Virus record (IMG/VR): IMGVR_UViG_3300022745_000032
Coordinates: 3,788-67,787 of that record
Length of the DNA: 64,000 nucleotides
Reading direction: 5' to 3' (one strand)
Source: a virus
The notes under the pieces were generated by a model that was given only the letters and a program-made list of their open reading frames with translations, searched no databases and was not told where the DNA came from. Position numbers and translations under genes: made by a program. Shown piece after piece: positions 21,029 to 29,797 of the stretch. How positions within the stretch are numbered: the first letter of the stretch is position 1; every line of letters starts with the position of its first letter.

Positions 21029-21795
21029 GGACACTTAACCTTGATGGCCTTGAGCACCGGCTCAAGTGAATTGGCCAGCTCGGAGTAGCAGAAGGATGCG
21101 ATAGTATTGGGTGGTGGGATTGAGCCATACCAACCGTCATTCAGAATGGCTACCACCGGTATCTTGGAGGCTGCGGCCAGATGCAGGTGCATGGTATCGA
21201 TGGTGACAAGCAGGGCGGAGTTATCCATCAGGCCAAGCAGGTCATACACCCGCTCGACCCTGATTGAGGACAGGTCAACCACATTGTACCCCGGAAACGC
21301 CTTCCTGATTTCCCCCACAAGATCACCCTTGAACGGGGATGATACCCCCTTTCCAGAAACGAGTATGGTGGACTTGTTCACGGTGAATGGATCGGTCAGA
21401 AGCGCCGCCTTCAACTCGACTTCATTTTCCCTTTTCTTGTCGCGCCTGTCAAATACGAGTGGGAGCTTGCCGAACTTGTCCAGGTAGCCCGCCCTCTCCC
21501 AAGACTCCATCTGGTAGGAGCTTGTCTTTCTGGTCTGATCTGGATGGGTATAGACTTGGGCGATGTGGGCCTTCAGCCCTTTGGTCCTTTGGATGGCAAA
21601 GGGGATGTTCTTGTAGTCCATGTCCCAGACCACGGGATTGACGTACGACACGCCCTCCAGAATCCTCCAGAACTCGGAGGATACGACAAACTTGGGAGTC
21701 GTGCCATGCTGGGCCAGATCCCAAGCTATCGGAAGGGCATTGATGATGTCGCCATACCTGCCAAGGGTGACGACAATCGGTACGTCTTGGCTCAT
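21025..21795 (-). CDS. GT9 (heptosyltransferase-like) glycosyltransferase
   Basis: LGRYGDIINALP...LLVTIDTMHLHLAAASKIPVVAI. Confidence 0.8.
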   Translation of the reverse strand: MSQDVPIVVTLGRYGDIINALPIAWDLAQHGTTPKFVVSSEFWRILEGVSYVNPVVWDMDYKNIPFAIQRTKGLKAHIAQVYTHPDQTRKTSSYQMESWERAGYLDKFGKLPLVFDRRDKKRENEVELKAALLTDPFTVNKSTILVSGKGVSSPFKGDLVGEIRKAFPGYNVVDLSSIRVERVYDLLGLMDNSALLVTIDTMHLHLAAASKIPVVAILNDGWYGSIPPPNTIASFCYSELANSLEPVLKAIKVKCP

Positions 21796-22370
21796 TTCTT
21801 CTTCTTGGCGGGAGCGGCTTCAGGAATGGGCTCAGGGGTCGGCTCCAGCTTGGTGACTGGAAGTTCCTTGGTCATGTCGATGAACTTGTGGGGCAGCATG
21901 GTCTTGGAGGCCCAGTTGGTTAGCCAAGGGAGGGCGTTGCCCTCGGACAGCATAACATCATTGGTCACATCCCTCACGATGTGGGGGATCAGGGCTAACG
22001 ACACCACCATCAACTGGGCGGGATTGCCGCTGCGGAATGCCCAGTTCTGCTCGGCTCCCATCCACCCACCCCCGATCATGGCATGGATGGCAGAATAGTC
22101 GGTCGGGATTACCATGTTGGGCATGACAATCCCCACCATTTCCCTGCCCCTGACCTTCAATAGGTGATTGGTCATAACCAGCTTGAGCTGGGCTGGCTGG
22201 GTGGCGGGTGTGATGACGTTGAAGCCAAAGGCGTCGGCGGGAGCCTTGAGCTTGGTATAGCAGAAGACCGATCCAGCCGACTTGAGGAAGTTGAGCGCAT
22301 TGCCCAGCTCCCACTCGTTGTCGGCTTTGGTGATGACGGCTCCCAGTTTAGTGTTGGTGTTTTGGATCAT
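21792..22370 (-). CDS. Hypothetical protein (possibly degenerate GT fold)
   Basis: ATGA-coupled within the GT island. Confidence 0.5.
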   Translation of the reverse strand: MIQNTNTKLGAVITKADNEWELGNALNFLKSAGSVFCYTKLKAPADAFGFNVITPATQPAQLKLVMTNHLLKVRGREMVGIVMPNMVIPTDYSAIHAMIGGGWMGAEQNWAFRSGNPAQLMVVSLALIPHIVRDVTNDVMLSEGNALPWLTNWASKTMLPHKFIDMTKELPVTKLEPTPEPIPEAAPAKKKK

Positions 22371-23326
22371 ACTTCTGGCGGTCGATTCATGGTGTTGTGG
22401 CCTCCATAGGCGCATTCTCCAACGTGGAGAACCTCAAGGACGGGGTCTAGGTAGGATTGGATGCCAATCTCGCCAGCCCTTAGACCAAAGGAGACATCCT
22501 CACCCATCCCCTCCTGCTTGGGGGTGAAGAAGCCGTAGGGACGACCCTCAAAGAGGGGCTTGCACTCCGGGAACTGACCGGCATCGATGGCCTCCTTCAT
22601 GCGCTCGAAAACCGAGCGATGGATGCGCATGAAGCCGGGAGCAACCCACCTTACGGGTATCGGGGAGTTGTATTGGTGGCGGCGGAGCTTATCCGCCTCG
22701 ATCTCCCAGCCTTGGTCAAAGCCCAGCGAACATTGGGCGGTTCCGAAGCGGTGGCGACCGAAGTAAAGCGCCCCTGTGATCAGCATCTCGGGAGGGAGGG
22801 AGAGGAGGCGGTCAAAGGCCAGAAGGCCTGCGCTGGACTCAGGCATGGGACTGCCGTACCTCCCATTGATGATCCTTGGGTCTCCGGTCGGGAGGATCAT
22901 GTCATCATCCACGAACACCAGCCATTCCGCATCCGTCTTCAGGCCCTTGTGGACAAGGATGTTCCTTGCCACATGAATCTGGGTGCCCTTCTCCTGCGTC
23001 ATACCGATCCTGCTGGGACCGTACTTGGCGTAGTTGGCGAACAGGGTGTAGTGGGTATCCGCCGAGAAGGACCGATAGACCGGCAGTAGCACATGGACCT
23101 TCCTCCCCTCCCAGAGCTTGGGCTGGAATACCTCAGACTGCTGGATGATGGCCTCTGCGGCCAGTCCCGAGTCTTCGGACAGCACCTGCTCCGCCGCATC
23201 CAGCGACGGAGAGGATTTGCCATTAAGCCAATTGGAGATGGTGCCTGTGGACACGCCAAAGTGGCGTGAGGCCTCCTTGACCCCAAGGGCGTTGATTTTG
23301 TCGATAACCCGCTGCTTGAGTTTCAT
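22367..23326 (-). CDS. Cro/XRE-type HTH fused to a GT-A glycosyltransferase
   Basis: N-terminal GVKEASRHFGVSTGTISNWLNGKSSPS; ARNILV...WLVFVDDDM...GEDVSF...HVG. Confidence 0.75.
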   Translation of the reverse strand: MKLKQRVIDKINALGVKEASRHFGVSTGTISNWLNGKSSPSLDAAEQVLSEDSGLAAEAIIQQSEVFQPKLWEGRKVHVLLPVYRSFSADTHYTLFANYAKYGPSRIGMTQEKGTQIHVARNILVHKGLKTDAEWLVFVDDDMILPTGDPRIINGRYGSPMPESSAGLLAFDRLLSLPPEMLITGALYFGRHRFGTAQCSLGFDQGWEIEADKLRRHQYNSPIPVRWVAPGFMRIHRSVFERMKEAIDAGQFPECKPLFEGRPYGFFTPKQEGMGEDVSFGLRAGEIGIQSYLDPVLEVLHVGECAYGGHNTMNRPPEV

Positions 23327-24816
23327 TATTCATCATTCTCGGCCTTCGACGCTTCGATGGCAGCAAGGGCATCTTCAAGGGATTGCGGCTTGGCCGGTTT
23401 GGACTCGGTGTGGGCACCGCCAGCCAGCAGGGAGCCGGGTCTGCTGACCGTGGAGGAGGCCTTCCGATAGCGGGTGATCTCGTCCTGCAGGCGGGCGTTG
23501 TCCTTGCGGATGGCCTCAAGCTGGGCGGCAGTACGGGCGTGCTGACGGCGCTCCTGATAGTAGTTGATGGAGTTCTCCACCACCTCAAGGAGGGTGTTCA
23601 CGTCACGAGCGCCAAGGGCCTTCTGGAGTTCGGCATGAATCTGCTTGGTGTGGCGGTTCTCCTCCTCGATCTGGGCCCTCACCTCGGCGCTGGCATCGGA
23701 CGGAAGCTCCTTCTCCTTCAGCCACTCCTTCCTTGCGTATAGATCCTTCTGCCACTGGTCGATGGCCTTTTGGGCTTCGGCTACGGCCTTGGCCTGCTCC
23801 TCGGATTGGCGCTTTCCGACCTCATCGCGCTGTTTGAAGTACTCGTTGGCCTTGCGCTGCTCCTCGGCAAAGTACCGATCCCGCTCACGCTGGGTGGTGA
23901 TCTGCTCAAGGGTGATGGCCTGAAGGGTTTGGCGGTCGGCGAACGGGAGGCGCTCAAGGACGATATTCGCCACCTCACTGGCGGGCTTGACCTCACCGGC
24001 GACCTGGATCGGGCGGTTGGACTTGGCGAACTTGAGCCAGCCACCCTCCTCCTGCACCATCTTGGCCAGGGCCTCAACCCCATGCTTGATCAGAATCTCT
24101 TGGATGGGCTTTTCGGCCTCTTGAATGCGTTGGTCGAACTTGTTCTTTACCTCAGGGTCATTCTCCAGCTCGTAGCGACGGCGGAACATGGCCAGCTCCT
24201 CCTGCTGCTTCTTGATCGCCTCCTCCGTCTTGGGGTCGATGGTTTGGGTGCGGGCAGTGGCCAGCTGGGCCTCAAGCTCCTTCAGCTTGGCGTCACGAGC
24301 CTCCAGCTCCTTCTTGGTGACAGCCTCCGACTCCTTGATGACGTTTACCTTATGAAGGAGGGCTTGGATGCGTTTGGCGGTACGGGGCTTGTCCGAGACA
24401 AGGACCTGAAGCTCCTCCTCCGGCACATCCTCCTGCTTGGTTGTGGCAGCCGGGGCCGGTTCCGTCTTGGCCGGAGCCTGCTCATCGGGTTTGGCCTGCT
24501 GGCGCTTGGATTGGGTGTCGAGCGCGGCGTCAAGGCCCGCATGGCCCGTTTCTTTTGATTCTACGGGCTTTTGATTAGCCGGGGGTGTCTCGGTACTGGT
24601 CGGGGCGGGTTCGGCCTTTCCAGTGGCCTTAGCGGCTGCCTTAGCGGCTGCCTTAGCGGCATCCTCAACGGACAGGCCCTGCTCCATCTTGTCGAAGATG
24701 GAGGCAAGCGTGCCCGTGTTGTTCAGCGTGTTGCCATCCTTGTCGAGGATTTCAACGGTTTCCCGCTTCTCAAGGATGCGGACGTCACTTTCCAGCGTTT
24801 GGGTGTTATCGGCCAT
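23326..24816 (-). CDS. Capsid scaffolding protein
   Basis: Highly charged coiled coil downstream of the portal. Confidence 0.65.
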   Translation of the reverse strand: MADNTQTLESDVRILEKRETVEILDKDGNTLNNTGTLASIFDKMEQGLSVEDAAKAAAKAAAKATGKAEPAPTSTETPPANQKPVESKETGHAGLDAALDTQSKRQQAKPDEQAPAKTEPAPAATTKQEDVPEEELQVLVSDKPRTAKRIQALLHKVNVIKESEAVTKKELEARDAKLKELEAQLATARTQTIDPKTEEAIKKQQEELAMFRRRYELENDPEVKNKFDQRIQEAEKPIQEILIKHGVEALAKMVQEEGGWLKFAKSNRPIQVAGEVKPASEVANIVLERLPFADRQTLQAITLEQITTQRERDRYFAEEQRKANEYFKQRDEVGKRQSEEQAKAVAEAQKAIDQWQKDLYARKEWLKEKELPSDASAEVRAQIEEENRHTKQIHAELQKALGARDVNTLLEVVENSINYYQERRQHARTAAQLEAIRKDNARLQDEITRYRKASSTVSRPGSLLAGGAHTESKPAKPQSLEDALAAIEASKAENDE

Positions 24817-24828
24817 GGTCTTATCTTA

Positions 24829-25065
24829 TTACGGGTTTTCCAGAGATTGGGGGTCTTCCTTCGGAGTGCTGACGATCTCCGCAATTTCATCAAGACAGGC
24901 CCTCCAGCCTTGGGCCCTGCCTGCATCAAAGATGATGCCATCCGCATCCCCCTTAAGGACAGAGGGGGCTTTCTCGCGGAGATACAGCATGCCTTCGACC
25001 CCTGCCTCGGAGGTCAGGAATCGACGCCATGCCAGATTGGTTACTCGTTTCAGTTCTTGTGCCAT
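24829..25065 (-). CDS. Small portal-adjacent protein (Bbp19-like)
   Basis: FLTSEAGVEGMLYL...FDAGRAQGWR; position after the portal. Confidence 0.55.
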   Translation of the reverse strand: MAQELKRVTNLAWRRFLTSEAGVEGMLYLREKAPSVLKGDADGIIFDAGRAQGWRACLDEIAEIVSTPKEDPQSLENP

Positions 25066-25068
25066 AAA

Positions 25069-27174
25069 CTAGACCGCCCCCGACTGCACCAAGTGCTGGG
25101 CGACCTGATCTGCCTGAGCAGAAGCCTGCTGGTGCTGCTGCTGGATAGCGGCACGCTTCTGCACCTCCTCCAGCATCCTGGCATAAAGAGCGATGATGCT
25201 CTTCTCCTCGTTGATCTTGTCGGGGGGAATTTGCTTCTTGGCCACACCCTGCGAATAGTGGCCGGTGTAGTGCTCCAGTGCGACTTGGGCGAGCGGCACA
25301 TTACCGCTCTTCACCACCTGATCCAGACCGGGCTTCATGGTCTGCATGTGGACCCAGTCATTATCCTTCGGGATGACCGGGACGGACTGGCCAATGGCAA
25401 GGGCGGCGTTCTCGGTCAGCTGCTGGCGCTGGGCCTCCATGACATCGGATTGATCGCCATCCGGAACCACGATTTCATTGACGAAGCGCTCGTCACCCAC
25501 GCCAGCGGCCATAACGCGGGCCACTTGGGTCTGGCGGAAGAGGGGATCTCCCTTGACGGAGGCGGCGAACATCGCCCTCTGCTGGGCGCGGTATTCGGTG
25601 AACTCCATGATGGAGACGACCGGAGCCTGGTTGCAGAGATAGTCGATCTCTTCCTCGCTCAGCTTCTGCAGGAGGGTATTGCGGTAGCTTTGGGCCACCG
25701 GATCGGGGGAGTCCGGACGGGCAAGACGGCGAGTCATTGCCCGAATCAGCCAAGCAAACTGAGATAGCCAGTTCTCCAGGCTATCCTCTTGCAGCTCATG
25801 CTCCTTGCTGAGGGCGGCATTGATCTGGGCCGCTTTGATGTCGGATGGCTGGAGGGGAATGGGCGGAACGAATGCACCGATCCTCTGCTGGGCGATCTGG
25901 GTAAGCTTCTGATCCAGAAGCTCATAGCTTTGGATGTCTTGAGGCATCGAGGCTTGATTCCCGGCAAACTGAGCCCCCGAAACGATCATCATCGTGTCAT
26001 TGACCGTCATCTTGACGTCGTTGACATTCTTGGCCTCTGGGACCTGAAGCTTCATCTTGTTGGTCATCCGCATGTTGTCCACGGAATCGCAACGAATCTT
26101 TTCTACTACGCCGGAAAGGTCATAAAGGATCTGGGCCGCACCCCAAGAGCCATGGACCGTACCATCACCAAACTGGAAGACGATGGTGTTGACGGCATCG
26201 GCCATCGTGTCGAATTGGTCCAGATTCTCGTAGAGCAAGCGGGCATTGTTGCCCTCCTGGATGGAGGGGTTGGGCGGATTATTGCCATCGGAGGCATAGC
26301 CCTCGGCGCGGAGGATGTAGTGGCTTACCTTGCCCGTGACCTCCTTGGCAAACAGATGCCACGTACGAATGAGCTTCTGGCCCTTGCTGTAGCGGAAGCC
26401 CCAGACCGACTGCCTGACCATGTCTTCGTACGTCCTTACGTTGGGGTAGGACGCATCAATCGGGGGCGGCATGGCCGTGTTGATCGCCCGGATGACGTTA
26501 TCCTTCTTCCACTCGGTCCTTCCGCTATCCACCGCAAACTTGAGCTGGTTGAACAGCTCGCTCGGGGTGTAGTCGTATTTGGCAAGGAAGAAGGCCGGTT
26601 CGGTATCCATGACCTCCGTGCCTTGCGGTACAAAGCCCTTGTCCATACGCATGAGCGTCGGCCTCCACTCATACTCATCGAAGAAGACATTGAAGGCGTA
26701 CCCAAATACCCCAACCTCACGGGCCAAGCCACGGGTGTAGAAGTTGAACTTGCTCCAGCTTCTAATGGTGTCCGTCGTTACTTGGCGGAAGAAATCGCTC
26801 TTTGCGGCAGAATCGGGCCAGTCGAGAGGAAGCGAGGCTGACGTGAGGTACTTTGCCGTTTTGATCGGCATATGGAGCCTCGGCTGGATCTTGAGGCACT
26901 CCGTTGCAAGGAAACCAGTGGAGATGTTCGTTTTGTAGTCCTTCGCAGCCGCCTTGAGCCTAGCTTGGTTGTAGGGGCGCTCACCGTTGAGTTTGGCGGT
27001 TATGCGGGCGGCGTTAAGGATCAGCTTCTTGGCATCGTAGACCATCGACTCGCAGATCGAGAACGCTTGGTCGATGTTGGAAATGACCCTCTCCGGAGTG
27101 CTTGAAACATCCCGAAGATCCGGAGAGGATCCGACTGAGTCTTGTAGTACAGCGTTACTGCCGGGTTCGGACAT
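25069..27174 (-). CDS. Portal protein
   Basis: 701 aa, Gln-rich helical C-terminus, between terminase and scaffold. Confidence 0.7.
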   Translation of the reverse strand: MSEPGSNAVLQDSVGSSPDLRDVSSTPERVISNIDQAFSICESMVYDAKKLILNAARITAKLNGERPYNQARLKAAAKDYKTNISTGFLATECLKIQPRLHMPIKTAKYLTSASLPLDWPDSAAKSDFFRQVTTDTIRSWSKFNFYTRGLAREVGVFGYAFNVFFDEYEWRPTLMRMDKGFVPQGTEVMDTEPAFFLAKYDYTPSELFNQLKFAVDSGRTEWKKDNVIRAINTAMPPPIDASYPNVRTYEDMVRQSVWGFRYSKGQKLIRTWHLFAKEVTGKVSHYILRAEGYASDGNNPPNPSIQEGNNARLLYENLDQFDTMADAVNTIVFQFGDGTVHGSWGAAQILYDLSGVVEKIRCDSVDNMRMTNKMKLQVPEAKNVNDVKMTVNDTMMIVSGAQFAGNQASMPQDIQSYELLDQKLTQIAQQRIGAFVPPIPLQPSDIKAAQINAALSKEHELQEDSLENWLSQFAWLIRAMTRRLARPDSPDPVAQSYRNTLLQKLSEEEIDYLCNQAPVVSIMEFTEYRAQQRAMFAASVKGDPLFRQTQVARVMAAGVGDERFVNEIVVPDGDQSDVMEAQRQQLTENAALAIGQSVPVIPKDNDWVHMQTMKPGLDQVVKSGNVPLAQVALEHYTGHYSQGVAKKQIPPDKINEEKSIIALYARMLEEVQKRAAIQQQHQQASAQADQVAQHLVQSGAV

Positions 27175-27250
27175 TTCCTAGGTAGGTTTCCTTTGGTTGG
27201 AGATGCGCCACAAGAACCACAAGAACCTGAAATGGCAAGAGAAATTTCTG

Positions 27251-29098
27251 CTACTTAGCTGGTTCCGACTGGAAGTAGGGGATTGGGGCCCGCTTTGTCG
27301 TGTGGAATTGGCAGGCGTCCGGATCGAAGAAGGTTACGATTTCGCTTTCCTGACCATCCCCAAAGCGCTGCTTGTCGATGATGATCTTGCCATCTGGCTG
27401 GTCTAGCCATTGAGAGAGGGTCTCGATGTCGTTGGCTTGGCGGGCCTCGTCAATCTTGCGCTTCTTTATCTTGTTGCGCCAGAACACAATGACATTGAAT
27501 GCGGCGTTGGTAATGTCGCTTGAGCCGGCAACATCCGACTTGGATGGAGGGGTTAGCTCGTTGCCATTCTGCGTCTTACGGGAGTGGGCAACCAAGATGA
27601 CGTGTGCACCGGTATTATTGGCAAAGGATGTCAGCCTATCGGAGAAGGCCCTTGCTGCACCATAGTCCTCACCAGACATCCCGCACTTAAAGAGGGAGTC
27701 GATGACAAAGACGTCAACTCCGTGGCGCTTGCGGGCGTATTCCATGGCGTGCATGAGGCGGTCTACGTTGACGGTGCCAATGCAGTCCAAGAAGAACATC
27801 CGGTCATTAAGCCAAGATACGCAGGCCTCCGCTTCCTCCTTCGAGGCGTGCTTCTTGGCCATGGCGCACCGGGTCATGTAGTAGAGCGTTAATCCGGGGC
27901 GGATCTCAAGGGATGCGTCGAAGATGGAGCACCCCTGCTGGGCGAGGTGAAGCATGAGCTGGTTAAGCCCGAGAGTTTTACCGTGCCCGCTAAAACCCGA
28001 CCACACCGTCAGCTCACCCGGACGGACCCTCCATGGTAGGCTATGACTCCACGGCGTCTCAAAGCCTTCAGTAGCGGGATCTCGGTTGTAGTGGGAGACG
28101 ACGTCAGCGCGGAAATCATCGGGGCGCTTGATCTCGTCGAGTTCGATGGCCTTGGCGGATTCAAGGCACTTTAGCATGGTCTCGCGGGTGACTCCATCCA
28201 CCAAGCAGTCGTTTGCGTCCTTTTTGGGGAGGGAGACGATCCAGCTGCGATGAAGGCCTAGGCGCTTGGCTACCTCGGTGGAGGCTGCCTGACCTGGCTC
28301 GTCCATATCCATCGAAACGTAGATCTTCTCAAAGCGGGCCAGCCAGTCCCAGTCGATGTCCACCCACTCAAAGTCAGAGACTCCGTTTGGTACGGAGATG
28401 GCGGGAATGCCCCAAGAATGCCACGACAGGGCATCAATCTCACCCTCGCAGATCACAAGCTCGCTGACATTGGCGTCGATGAGGTTCTTGCCATAGAGAC
28501 AGCGCTTGGTGCCCTTGGTTGACCAAGAGTCCTTCTTTCCGTCCGGACGCTCCAGCTTGAGGTATTTCTTGTGGGCACAGACCCAAGCCTGCTTCTCTTG
28601 GCTGAAGTCGGCGAATGGGAAGATGATGGCTTTGCCGTCGTCAGTCTCCCCGATCTTGGCGGAAGCGACCACGATTGGGTTTAGCCTACGCTCCAGCGTC
28701 AAGTAGTCCATGACGGGAGTATTTGGCTCGGCTGGCTTGACGGGGGCTCCATCCGGCTTGGCATAGGTCTTCTGCTTGTGGCGCTTTACCCCATAATCGT
28801 CTGCCTTGACCCCAAGCCAGTCAGCGGCCTGCTTCATGGCTTCCGTAAACGGAATGCCCTTAACCTTCGCCCACAGCCAAAGGGGGGTTGCACCCTTTGT
28901 CTCCTTGTCAGCAAAATCGATGAACCTGCCGGTGGCAGATCCAGACATGGTAACCTGAAGCGACTCTCCGGCCTCACCAGAGATGCTTCCGACTAGCCAG
29001 TGGTTACCCTTGCGCTTTCCGTTGGGGAGCAGGAAGAGGCATAGCTCCTCCATGCGTTCTGAAAGGAGACGATTGATTCCATGGGCGTCATGACTCAT
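27251..29098 (-). CDS. Primase-helicase (TOPRIM + SF4; T7 gp4/Twinkle-like)
   Basis: ICEGEIDALS, DMDEPG, KDAND; Walker A GFSGHGKT; FVIDSL; LVAHSRK; GSSDI; KQRFG. Confidence 0.92.
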   Translation of the reverse strand: MSHDAHGINRLLSERMEELCLFLLPNGKRKGNHWLVGSISGEAGESLQVTMSGSATGRFIDFADKETKGATPLWLWAKVKGIPFTEAMKQAADWLGVKADDYGVKRHKQKTYAKPDGAPVKPAEPNTPVMDYLTLERRLNPIVVASAKIGETDDGKAIIFPFADFSQEKQAWVCAHKKYLKLERPDGKKDSWSTKGTKRCLYGKNLIDANVSELVICEGEIDALSWHSWGIPAISVPNGVSDFEWVDIDWDWLARFEKIYVSMDMDEPGQAASTEVAKRLGLHRSWIVSLPKKDANDCLVDGVTRETMLKCLESAKAIELDEIKRPDDFRADVVSHYNRDPATEGFETPWSHSLPWRVRPGELTVWSGFSGHGKTLGLNQLMLHLAQQGCSIFDASLEIRPGLTLYYMTRCAMAKKHASKEEAEACVSWLNDRMFFLDCIGTVNVDRLMHAMEYARKRHGVDVFVIDSLFKCGMSGEDYGAARAFSDRLTSFANNTGAHVILVAHSRKTQNGNELTPPSKSDVAGSSDITNAAFNVIVFWRNKIKKRKIDEARQANDIETLSQWLDQPDGKIIIDKQRFGDGQESEIVTFFDPDACQFHTTKRAPIPYFQSEPAK

Positions 29099-29206
29099 AA
29101 AAGTTGGATTGGTTTCGGATGGAGGCCGAGCTTACCTAGCTACTCGGCGGTGACGAAGACTTGCACCGACTCACTGGTCGGCGGAGGGAAACAAGGGAAC
29201 CCCCGA

Positions 29207-29797
29207 CTAGGATTTAACGTCACCGGCATTCAGCCCTCCAAGGACGAAGCAGTCCTTAGGTGGGACTGCAGGATCTTTTCTGGCTGAAACCTTGTCTGGT
29301 GCATCTAGGAAAGCAAGTAGCCCCAGGTCAGCGCCATGACAAGTGCAAAATCCAACATCGTCCGGAACATCCTTTCCCTGACGGAGAAGGAATAGTCGCC
29401 GGTCGAACTCTTCAGCCTCTGGACTGGTGGCCCAATCCATGGCGGAATTGAAGGGACAGTCCCGGCACTTCTCCCATCGTAGCTCAGCCTCTTTCACGGT
29501 AAGGAGTTTCTTGGGAGGGGCGAACCACATGTAGCGTACCCAATCCCTCCACCTGCGGTACTTCTCATTGAGGGCGGGCTTCTCACGCTCCCCGTTCTGC
29601 ACCATGGCGGGATAGTGCTCGGCGTAGTACTTGATGATGTCGCCCTCCGGATCTCCCACCGGCTGGCCGTTGGCAATGCGCAGCTCGGTGATCTTCTTCT
29701 TCAGCTCGTCAATGGTATCAGCACGCAGCACCAGCCCCATGATGGGGAAGTGGTGGCCTCCTGGCGGCAGGGTCTGCTGCTTGTGATTGATGACCAT
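29207..29797 (-). CDS. Hypothetical Cys-rich protein
   Basis: PPGGHHF...RWEKCRDCPFN...CTCHG; coupled to terL. Confidence 0.55.
   Translation of the reverse strand: MVINHKQQTLPPGGHHFPIMGLVLRADTIDELKKKITELRIANGQPVGDPEGDIIKYYAEHYPAMVQNGEREKPALNEKYRRWRDWVRYMWFAPPKKLLTVKEAELRWEKCRDCPFNSAMDWATSPEAEEFDRRLFLLRQGKDVPDDVGFCTCHGADLGLLAFLDAPDKVSARKDPAVPPKDCFVLGGLNAGDVKS

Noticed and set aside
24623-24660. Tandem repeat GCCTTAGCGGCT
   Set aside because: Simple coding repeat (AAKA units) in the scaffold linker.
24571-26841. Long antisense ORFs (398 aa, 350 aa; likewise 46117-47142, 51418-52449 and 52355-53338)
   Set aside because: Shadow frames of strongly codon-biased GC-rich genes, with no motifs.
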